DNA from: Podarcis muralis
Taxonomy: Eukaryota
Direction: 5' to 3'
DNA: 64,000 nucleotides
NCBI RefSeq assembly: GCF_964188315.1
Contig: NC_135667.1
Location: forward strand, 22,630,001 to 22,694,000
The notes beneath the pieces were generated by a model. That model saw only the letters and a list, made by a program, of their open reading frames with translations, searched no databases and was not told where the DNA came from. A program made the position numbers and the translations under genes. This document shows positions 49,704 to 60,673 of this stretch, in pieces. The first letter of the stretch is position 1. Each line of letters starts with the position of its first letter.

Positions 49704-52700
49704 ATGACTATAATTGGGACAGTGTTACTGGAAATGTTTCTAATGCTGTTGCAGATACCTCACAGTGAGTTCCAGGAGCACGCTGCAAGATGTGTCATCC
49801 ATGACCCCATCTATACTCCTCATAAGTATTATAAGTCAGGTGACCTCATAATTGGTGGGGCTGTCTCTCAGATGCTACTGTTTTTGGATTCATTTTCCTT
49901 CACTGAATACCCTCCTTCTGCTGATACTAGCATTCCCATGTAAGGATCTTTTGTTTTTCTGTTATATGCCAAAGGTTGTCAACTGAGGCTAAACTATCAG
50001 CACCCTTAAAGGAATTGGTAGCACATGTGTGAATGTTTATCAATAGACACTGGAGGGGCTGATACTCATAGGGTATTTGAAAAGGTGATATAAATCATTT
50101 TTAAAAGGTTTGTGAAACTACAAAGGATTTATTGAATCTCACATATAATCTGACCATTCTAAAATGACTTTTAAATTGAAGTGCTATAATCCCACAATGC
50201 CAAATATAGTGCCTTAGGATCAGGATGTAATAATATATACAGACTATGACATTCTACATACTGCAGTTCTGTGTGGTTCTGCAAATTTGCAATCCTCTCA
50301 GTAGTCTATCAACTACCGGTAACTCACATGTTATTGATTCAGCAGGACAGCTACCAAGCAACTTTACTTATTGTTAAGTTTTCTGGTGACCTATCATCTA
50401 ACTTTTTTCCAGTGTTGTGACCAAGAACTACCAGCATGTCCTGGCCTTGGTGTTTGCTGTAAATGAAATTAATGAAAATCCCAAGATTTTGCCTAATGTT
50501 TCCTTGGGATTCCACATCCCTGAGAGCTACTTCAGTCAGAAGCGGAGTTATCACATAGCAGTGGAGCTTTTCTCCACACAGTACAAATTTGTTCCCAATT
50601 ATAGCTGTGATGTCCAGAACAGCCTAATAGGAGTCATAGGAGGACTAGGCGCTGAAACCTCCCACCATTTGGCTGCCATCTTGGACATCTACAAGTTTCC
50701 ACAGGTATGATGTGCTCTTGGAACACTGAGTTTTGAGAACTGTGATGCATTATTTGCCTTTTCTTTTCTTGGAGTGTGTTGTATGGTTGCTTGTGCAGGT
50801 GTATATTCCATTGAAATGACTGTGGCACAAACATTGATATCTTAGCCAGTACAGTGGTACCTTGGTTTACGAACTTAATCCATTCCAGAAGTCCGTTCTT
50901 AAAGCAAGGTGTGCTTTCCCATAGCAGCGGGGGACTCAATTTACAAATGGAACACACTCAACAGGAAGCAAAACACGTTCTTATTCCAAGGCAAAGTTCA
51001 CAAACCAAAACACCTACTTCTGGGTTTGCAGCGTTCTTAATCCAAGTTGTTCATAAACTAAGCTGTTCTTAAACCAAGGTACCACTATATTTCATTTTTA
51101 TAACACCCTTCATCCAAAGATCACAGGGAAGTTTACAGCAAAAAGAAAAAGAAAAAAAAGAAAGAAAGCACCAATAACTCTATTTCCATGAAAACATTTA
51201 AAAGGCCATATATGGTCTAATCAGCCAAATGCCTGGTTATAGAGGAATATTTTCACCTGGCCCCTAAATATGTGTAATGAAAGTGCCTGGGAAGAACATT
51301 CCACAAAGGGAAAGCCACTGCAGAAAAGGGACATTCTTAGATTGCCACTGTCTGGACCTCTCATGGAGGGGGCACAAAGATAATAGGCTCAGGTGATGAT
51401 CACAGGGTTTGGTTGGTTCATAAGGGAATGTATTGAGGTATTGTGGTCCTGAGCAATTTAAAGTTTTATAAGTCAAAACAAGCACTTTGAATTGGGCCCA
51501 GAAACTAATTGGCAGCCAGGCCATGATTAGTGTTATATGCTTGAACCACCTTGCTTCTTTGGAGCAACCTGGCTGCTAAATTCTGCACGTCTCTCTAAAT
51601 CTGCTACTTAAGGTGTAGAGGAGCATTTTGCATTGAATGAAGATTCTGAGAAGTTTTCACAAGCAACTCACATCTTATATTAATTTTAAACAGAATGTTC
51701 AGTATCCATAAAATTGCACTAACACATCTATAGGTTTCCAAATAAATTTGTAACACAACTTCCTGAATTTCCCCCCATTTTAGTTCACCTATGGTGATTT
51801 TGTCCCCATGCTGAGGGATCACTCTCATTCACTGTCCTTGTATCGAATGGCTCCAAATGAAATCCATCAGTACAAGGGAATTGTCCAGCTACTTCTGCAT
51901 TTCAAATGGATTTGGGTGGGTCTAATGACCATGGATGATGAAAATGGAGAATTATTTTTGAGCAACCTACTACCAATACTTTCTCAGAACAGCATCTGTG
52001 CTGCCTTCACTGAGAAAATTCCCTCAAAAGGATTTTTGGGTGACATCTTAAATTTCCAAGGAAAGTGGGGAAAGATATTTGTAGATGTTATGAAAAGTAA
52101 AGCCAACACCATTATTCTCTATGGAGAAGCTTTGACCATGATAACATTGAGAGGACTGCTGCATGAAGGAGAATCTGAGTATGGGAAATCATTTGGTAAA
52201 GTGTGGATTATGGTAGCCCAGATGGACCTTGTAGCCATATCCATGCACAAGGATTGGGATATAGAAGCCTTCCATGGTGCCTTAGCCTTCACATCCCACT
52301 CACATGAGGTGCCAGGGTTCCAAAATTTTCTTCAAAACCTAAATCCTCATTTGATGAAGGGAAATGGTTTTATCCAACCATTCTGGGAGCAAGCATTCGA
52401 CTGTTCATTTCCAAATTCCCATTTTAATGGAGATGATGTGGACACTTGTACTGGAGAAGAGAGGCTGCAGAATCTTCCTGGGCCTTTCTTTGAAATGAGC
52501 ATGACTGGCCACAGTTACAGTATCTACAATGCTGTACAGGCTCTGGCAAATTCTGTACATGCCATGTACCCATCCAAATCCAAAGTAACGGTGGAAAGAA
52601 GGAAGCTACAACATAAAGACATGCAGCCATGGAAGGTAGTAGTTTTCAAACCATTCTGTTCAACTGACTTCAGCACGACTGCACAAGATCTTAATGCAGC

Positions 52701-53206
52701 CTTCACTAACCCAATTCCCTTCAGATGTTAATACTATAAATAAAATAACAACACAGAAGCCTGTAATGTAGGAATGTAAAAAAATATTGATCACTTCCAT
52801 AACGTTGCAGACTCAATTCAAAAAGAAAATAGCAGTGAAATAAGTCATATCCTATTCTACATCCTATCCTTATGACTGCATCCTATCCCTATGGCTGCAT
52901 GATGAGAATGAGACTGTTCCTCAAGTGAAACTAATATGGATTATCTTCCTACTGTTACCCTTCCTGCCTGGGCAAGCAGAGGATATGACTTCCCAACATG
53001 CCCTTTAGGAATTTACAGGAAACTCCGTGTGTCTTAGCCCTTTGCTCAGCAAATATGGATTTTTTTCCTTTTGACTAGAGCATCATTTACCCACATAATT
53101 CAGGGTGGTGTTTTTTTTAAAAAAAAGTATGAAAACATTAAAAAATGAATAATTTAAAAGTGCAGAAGTTTCATACCCTCCAACATTTCTCTAATGAAAA
53201 TAGGGA

Positions 53207-53252
<46 letters not shown>

Positions 53253-56200
53253 TGCTTCCAACATAATAATACATTTAACATTAAAAAAAAACTTCCCTAC
53301 ACAGCGTTGTATTCAGATGTCTTCTTAAGTTTGTATAGCTACTTATCTCCTTGGCTTAGGGGCGGCATAACTCCACGCCATGTGACAAAGCTATTTGAGA
53401 GCAAAAGCAGTAAAGGAAGCAGTAAAATGCTGAAAAGCTGCAGAATCATTTAGCATGCTGAATCACCATGACTCATCTTGAGGATGACTCATTCTCTGTA
53501 TAAGTATTGTATCTGCTTGCAGGCAGACTCTGTCAGTGTCTCAGTGTGTGTGTGTCTGTGCTCTGTGAAGCCTGTGCTCAATGCAAACTCTGTGTATGCT
53601 CTGAAGCTATTTTAATCTTCTGTTCATTATGCTGTTATTTGCAAACAAGTTTATTTTAACTCAGTAAAGCCTTTATTTTTTTACTGAAGAAGACTCTGTT
53701 ATTAATTTTACGCTGCGTGTCACTCCATACTCTCCAACATTTCTCCAATGAAATAGGGACATCCTACCATAACCTCCAATATTCCTCCAGTGAAAATGGG
53801 GATGTGTTAAGGAAAAGCTGGACATTCCAGGATTAAATCAGAAATTGGAATGTCTTCTATAAATCTGGGACTTTCCCTGGAAAATAGGGACACTTGGAGT
53901 GTCTGAAATCTTGGAAAGGCATGGTAGTAGAGATTTTTTTCTTCTTCAACAAATGTCAAAAACATAACATTATTAGAGCTTGTTTCTATTCTAAAGGAAG
54001 AGAATTATGGAGAGCTTCAGCCACAAATTTAAAAGCATGTGTGAGTCACAGCATGCTTTAACAAAGGTTATATTTGACAGTATTAATAAATCATCATATA
54101 CAGTGGTACCGTGGTTTGCAACCATTTTGGATTACAACTGTTTTGGATTACAATCACGTCAAACCCTGAAGTGTGTGTCCCTTTTCTTGGATTACAACCT
54201 TTTTTGGTTTACAACCGGACATCCAGAATGAATTATGGTTGTAAACCAAGGTATCACTGTACAGAGCTAAGTGACTGGGATAAGATGCAAGGGTAGAGGC
54301 AATTTCTCAGATATTGATGCAATTCCAACATTGATTTATTTTTCCATTCCACCTAGCTCCATCCGATTCTGAGGAGAATCTCATTTAATAACAGTGCAGG
54401 AGAAACCGTGCATTTGAATGAGAATGGAGAATTGACAATGGGGTTTGATATTACAAATCTGATTACTTTTCCCAATAAGTCATTTGTTAGAATGAAAGTT
54501 GGAAGAATGAATCCTTGGGCTCCTCCTGGCAAAGATTTGAGCGTTGATGAAGGCGCCATTGTGTGGCCTAGAAGTTTTAACCAGGTGGGACATCACTATA
54601 GTCTTTAGCTTCCATAAAATAAAAGGAGGGAGGGAGAGGAGAAACAATCATTTGTAGCTTCCTTAATAAAATATTTTTATAGTCCTTGTCCCAATATGTT
54701 TATATTGATTGATTTATATAGTCCAAAGCATATTTACTTGCACACTGCCCCACTGTTTCCTGCTGAAAATATGAACATTTTTCTGTATAGTTTCTTTAAC
54801 ATATAGAAAATTATCACAGATATGTGTTTTTAATTAATGCTGTGTTTGAAAACTGCACATATTTTATCAGTAACTTGGGATTCAAAAAGTCAAAGACAAA
54901 GAAAGTTCTTCCTGATGTTAAGTCAGAATCTCCTTTTTTGTAACTTGAAGCCATTGGTTCGAGTTTTACCCTCCAAAGCAGGAGAAAAAAAGCTTGCCCC
55001 ATCTTCCACGTGATAGCCCTTAATATATTTGAAGATAGCTATCATATCTCCTCTCAGTCTCCTCTTTGCCAGGCTAAACATATCCAGCTGCTTCAACCAA
55101 ACTGGCACAGTAATCCAGGTGTGATCTGACCAAGGCAGAATAGCTTGTTCAATGGTGTTTGTATTCAATATCCTCAAACAAACATCTGCCATTGTTTAAA
55201 ACCACAAAATTACTCTCGGTTTTCTCCATCCGTACTTTACTTCAACTTTTTATGGAATCTAGTCTGACTAGATTAATGAAGACAGAGAATGCTAGCAGCA
55301 CAGAGCCAAAGCCTGGCCATTAAAGATCTCCGTTCAAGACAGTTCACCAACTTATGAGCACCTGCACTAATATGACAGAATCTGATGATTATACTGTGCA
55401 GATAGTGATGTCATCATACTATTTTAAAAATATATATTCTCAATTCTAATTATTCATATTCCCTGAATAGGTGATGCCCCTTTCACTCTGTAATGATAAC
55501 TGTCAACCTGGTTACCAAAAGAAGAAAAAGGAGGGGGAGCCATTTTGCTGCTATGATTGCATTCCATGTCCAAAAGGGAAGATTTCTCATAAGAAAGGTA
55601 GAATATGCAGTACCTGGTGTAATCTAGAAATCCACCTTCATGAGTATGGCACAAAGGTCCTGTTAGTTAAAGAGGTTTGTAGTAGGTGATAGTAGTTATT
55701 ACTGGGAAACAATCCTGATATCAACTAATTCAAAACAGTAGCGATGAGCACTTCTCACCTAGGGACCAAAAGAATGAAAGAAATGCATCTATCATTGAAT
55801 ACAAAATGCTGGGCGCTTTTCTTAAAGGGAAGTAAAGGGGTGCCTCGGCTTAAGAACTTAATTCGTTCTGGAGGTCCGTTCTTAACCTGAAACTGTTCTT
55901 AACCTGAGGTACCACTTTAGCTAGTGGGGCCTCCTGCTGCCTCCGTATTGCTGCCGCACGATTTCTGTTCTCATCCTGAAGCAAAGTTCTTAACCCGAGG
56001 TACGATTTCTGGGTTAGCGGAGTCTGTAACCTAAAGCGTCTGTAACCTGAAGCGTATGTAACCCAAGGTACCACTGTAGCTCTTTGATCTAGGAAGGAAG
56101 AATAAGGAATGGAGGCAAGGTTATTCTACTAATAATTTCTATAAATGCACTTCTACATATTGAATCACAAAATTGTAGAATCATAGAACTGAAAAGTTGG

Positions 56201-56346
56201 AAGGGAACTCAAGGGTCATCTGGTCCAACTCCCTGCATTGCTGGAATATCAGCTAGCTCATACATAACAGATGGCCATCCAACCGCTGCTTAAAAACTTC
56301 CAAGGAAGGAGACTTCCTTGAAGGCAGCCCTATTTAGGGAAGCTGC

Positions 56347-56390
<44 letters not shown>

Positions 56391-58016
56391 CTCAAAGGGA
56401 CTCCATTCCACTGTCAAACAACTTTTACTGTTAGAAAGGTCTTCCTGATATTTAGTTGGAATCTCCTTTCTTGTAACTTGAATCCATTGGTTTGAGTCCT
56501 ACCCTCAGTAGTAGGAGAAAACAAGCTTGCTCCATCTTCCATGTGACAGCCCTTTAGATGAAGACAACTATCATATGTTTCCTCAGTCTCCTGAGGGGAT
56601 GCTCAACCATTCCTCATCAGGCTTGGTTTCTAGACCCTCAGTCATCTTAGTTGCCCTCCTCTGCACACTTTCCAGCTTGTCAATATCATTTTTAAATTGT
56701 GGTACCCAGAACTGGACACAGTATTCCAGGTATGTTCTGACCAAGGTAGAATACAGTGATGCTATTACTTCCCTTGGGTTGCATGGCAGAGATACCTCAT
56801 CCTGAAAGCTAGTGCAAATTTCTCTGTTACTTGCTAAATTCAACTTGGTAGAAACATTAGTAAGTAGTCATGGGAAAGCTTGCCTTAGAATACCATTGAT
56901 ACCAAGTGATAGGTTAGTTCTATTATTCACTTACTTTGAAAGTTGTGCATCAACACACAGACCCTTTTGTCTTCTTAAAGGGAAGACAACAGCATAATTT
57001 GATTTTTAGAAGGGGAAATTTATTCCTAAACCTGATTGTTTGTAGAAATAGAACAAATGGCTTCAACCGCAAAAAGCAACTTCTAAAAAAGTTTTTCATC
57101 TTTTTTCCCAGATGCAGATTTTTGCACAATGTGCCAAAAAGATCATTATCCAAACAAAGTAAAGAATCGCTGCATTCCAAAGCTAATAACCTTCTTGTCT
57201 TATAAGGACCCTTTGGGGATGAGTTTAGCCATCTTTGCACTTATATTTTCCTTGATCACTGCTCTAGTGCTAGGAGCCTTTATAATGCACCACGACACTC
57301 CTATTGTCAAAGCCAACAACCGGAGCCTCACCTACACCCTCCTCATCTCCCTCCTGCTCTGCTTCCCTTGTGCTTTGCTGTTTATTGGCCATCCTGTGAA
57401 GGTGATGTGTCTCCTCCGTCAAGTTGCATTTGCCATGGTCTTCTCAGTGGCTGTCTCTTCTGTGTTAGCAAAAACCATTACGGTGGTTCTGGCTTTCATG
57501 GCCACCAAGCCAGGAAGTAGCATGAGGAAATGGGTAGGGAAAAATGTGGCCAACTCCATTGTTCTTCTCTGCTCTCTTGTTCAAGGAATTATTTGTATCA
57601 TATGGCTGGCAATTAATCCTCCATTTCCAGATATTGACATGACTTCAGTAACTGAAGAAATTGTACTTGAATGTAATGAGGGGTCTGTGACTATGTTCTA
57701 CTGTGTCCTGGGTTACATGGGCTTCCTGGCTATTGTGAGCTTCTCTGTAGCTTTCCAGGCTAGAAAATTACCTGACAGTTTCAATGAAGCCAAACTAATC
57801 ACTTTTAGCATGCTTGTGTTTTGCAGTGTTTGGTTATCCTTTTTTCCCACCTATCTGAGCACCAAAGGAAAATACATGGTAGCTGTGGAGATCTTCTCCA
57901 TCTTAGCCTCCAGTGCTGGGCTTCTGGGCTGCATCTTCTTCCCTAAATGCTACATTATTGTGCTGAGGCCAGAACTGAACAAAAGAGATCTCCTAATAAA
58001 GAGAAATGTTCACTGA
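49704..58016 (+). CDS. V2R gene H, intact, 879 aa
   Basis: Exons 49704-49939, 50413-50704, 51784-52635, 54357-54584, 55471-55597, 57112-58016 (236/292/852/228/127/905 bp); GT-AG, in frame. An upstream in-frame ATG lies at 49662. Confidence 0.95.
50852..51087. mobile_element. Tc1/mariner (Tigger-like) MITE
   Basis: TA-cagtggtaccttggttta...taaaccaaggtaccacta-TA. Confidence 0.8.
51090..51590 (-). mobile_element. L2 LINE 3' fragment
   Basis: Minus-strand [31 protein letters not shown]. Confidence 0.75.
53172..53905. mobile_element. Composite hAT-type element containing (AAT)n and a nested LTR-like insert
   Basis: TIRs cataccctccaa / ttggagtgtctg; the internal ccaacatttctc..aatgaaa..atagggac motif is repeated. 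Confidence 0.6.
53381..53722 (+). mobile_element. Probable solo LTR nested in the hAT element
   Basis: TG...CA ends, flanking 5-mers cgcca/ctcca, TATAA-like and AGTAAA signals. Confidence 0.45.
54101..54259. mobile_element. Tc1/mariner (Tigger-like) MITE
   Basis: TA-cagtggtaccgtggttt...aaaccaaggtatcactg-TA; internal ttggattacaa repeats. Confidence 0.8.
54895..55160 (-). mobile_element. CR1 LINE ORF2 C-terminal fragment
   Basis: [50 protein letters not shown] is the CR1 ORF2 end. Confidence 0.85.
55835..56076. mobile_element. Tc1/mariner (Tigger-like) MITE
   Basis: Close match to 5606-5820; TA flanks. Confidence 0.8.
56165..56775 (-). mobile_element. CR1 LINE 3' fragment with a short L2-tail insertion at about 56317-56388
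   Basis: agaatcatagaa tail; minus-strand translation [33 protein letters not shown]. Confidence 0.85.
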
Positions 58017-58262
58017 TGTGTGGGTGCATTATGCAACCCTTACAGTGGACCAAAGTTGCAGAGTAGTCTTCTAGCATGACATCCATTCTCAGGTTTTTAG
58101 ATATTTGCAGTTGTATATGAAGAACACACACCCCTTTTAAATTAGCTGATATAGATTCTTCTAGTTCCACAGGATCCCATTATTGTTTCTGGAACCATTT
58201 GATGACTTCTGTTTTCTTCCTTCTTCTGCTCTTGAAGGCAAGGCTTGCAAAGATTTGTGTTC

Positions 58263-58277
58263 CTGTGTTTGTTTGTT

Positions 58278-58307
<30 letters not shown>
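58263..58307. repeat. (GTTT)n(GT)n microsatellite
   Basis: Read directly. Confidence 0.9.
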
Positions 58308-58315
<8 letters not shown>

Positions 58316-59147
58316 TTTCTCTGCTAAAATGTTTGTAGACATCACTGTCTTGAATTTAGGTGAGTTGGACATTTGTTCTTCTCACAATATTTAAATACCA
58401 ATTCCTGGAGAAGACAGCAGTGTGGGCATGGCAGTGTTTGACAAAGGCTCTTCACTTCAAACTGAATACATCAAAGAACAAGCAGCGAACAGTTGTTCTT
58501 TATTATAAACATCCACAAAAGCCAAGGAAAACAGGATGAGCCAGCAGAAAGAGGAAAGTTTTAAAGCACAACTTCAGCGATGAAGAAAAAAAAATGTAAT
58601 AATAAAAAAACCACTCCAGAAGGAACTCTGACTCAGACTCACCAGCTTCCACCAATCCAGAGAAGCAGCTAAGAATTGATGATATGCCACTGAGAGGCCT
58701 TGGACTAATCTACACTGGTGAGTTATAATGTTATAAACACGTTATAAAAATGTGACACCAGTGGGACAATGTATAGCAGTCAATGGAAAATTTAAGTGAC
58801 AGCTCTCTCTCTCTCTCCTTCTCTCTCCCCCCCTCTCTCTGCATTTTTCTTTTTTAGATCACTGTAGATCCAGGCCTGGTGAATTATTTCCCCCTTCTCT
58901 CAGAAAATGGACTGGTGTCTTTAGAAGCAGCAGGAACCTACAAAAGCCAAATTTCATTCCCTCTCTCCCCTCCCCCCCTCTCCCCCAGAGTTACTGCACT
59001 TATTACCAAAGTTGTAATTGATAGTTTGCGCTTTGTTGTGTTTGTATCATGTAAACTGCCTGAAGAACTTGTGATGAAGGGTGGTGTATAAATCAAATAA
59101 ATAAGCGTATTTGTTTAAAATGCATCCACATATAGTTTGGAGGTATT

Positions 59148-59194
59148 TGTTTTGTTTTGTTTTGTTTTGTTTTGTTTTGTTTTGTTTTGTTTTG
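59148..59194. repeat. (TTTTG)n microsatellite
   Basis: Read directly. Confidence 0.9.
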
Positions 59195-60400
59195 CAAGAA
59201 ACTTATGAATCAGGCAGGAAAAAATACATTGTTTATGCAGTCATGGGCTGGCCAAAAGTTTATAGCAAGTGGTTCCTCAAAGTTAGAAGGGTGACTTTGT
59301 TAATACATAATTTTCAGTTAACAAAAGTATTGAGGGGTGCACATGGGAGATATACTTTTGTTGAAAGTATTATTAATGGACTACATCTATTTATTCACCA
59401 AATAGTAGCCAAAAACCATTCCTGCAAAAAAACTCTGGCAAAACTGAAAATCCTCTTCAAATGATGTAATAATCGGTGGCGATCTTAGTTGGAACTTAAA
59501 AGAATTAACAGGTAAGGACCTGGCTAATTCCACATGGAAAAAGAAATGTAGAAATGCAAGATAATTTAAGAATAGTAGAGACCAACTGAAACAAATAAGG
59601 ATGCTACAAAAGTAGGAACTGAGGTATGTTTGCCAGAAGGTGAGTCCAGGAGACACGGCTCATGTAGATAGGTCCCTGGTGTACAGCTCACAATCCAGAG
59701 TAGATTTCCTATTAACATCCACCCCACACTTAAATGCAGTGAAAAGAACACAAACAGGAGAGATCAAAATAACAGATCATGTCCCAGTCTCCACAAAATT
59801 TGAATTCATTGCAGCTGAATATGCTACCCCAGTATGGTATTTCACCCCTATTCTCAATCAATCAATAAGAGAAAGTCTGACTAAAACATTAGTGCATTTT
59901 TTGTTTTTGTTTTTTTAAGGAAAGAATGAGTTATGGTTCATTGTGGGATGAGGGCACTGAAGACAGTGATGAGAGGGACATCTATATGGGGGAAATCATA
60001 CTTAAAAGATCACATAGGACACAAAAATCACAACTGCAGCAGGAAGTTTCTCTTCTGGAACAAATACAAAGAGTTATGGGATCAAGATTTTTATTTTTTT
60101 TTAATCGCAGATAAGGCAGAAATAATTGGAAACCACAGAAATAAAGAAGACAGTGATAAAGTCGTATTTAAAACAAATAATGTATGAATTTTGAGGAATG
60201 GGGTCTAAGTTCTTAGCCACAAGATTAAGAAATAAAAGAAAAGAGGCAACTATAGCTGCCATTAGACTGAAACAGGAGAAAAGGACTTTTCTACAAAACA
60301 AATTTGTGAAGACTTTAAATAATTTTTCTCCTCTATATCTCCTCAAAATCCACCACCCTTATAAATGATACAAATAGAGAAGTGGGGTTAAGATCCCTTG
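59195..60400 (+). mobile_element. Degraded L1/Tx1-clade LINE ORF2 (AP endonuclease and linker)
   Basis: Broken frames give HGRYTFVESIING, YSSQSRVDFLLTS..IKITDHVPV (endonuclease SRID/SDH motifs) and GSKFLATRLRNKRKEATIAAIR. Confidence 0.65.
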
Positions 60401-60673
60401 GGGCCTGCTGGCCAATCAGGCGAGGGTGGGAACCAGCCATATAAAGGCTATCCCACCCACTGTGATATTTCTACCATGGTTCACATCCCACAAGTCTTTA
60501 TTTATGGGTGTACAGGAAATTATTATAACTATCAGTACTGAAATGACTAGTTTAAAAACTGCTTCTCATTCAAACAGTACTACCACTCTTAAGAAGACTC
60601 TCCTGACCAATAGATCATATGATTTCAAAAACATCAATAAAAATGCCATACTCTTAGTTTTAGTTTTATTTTA

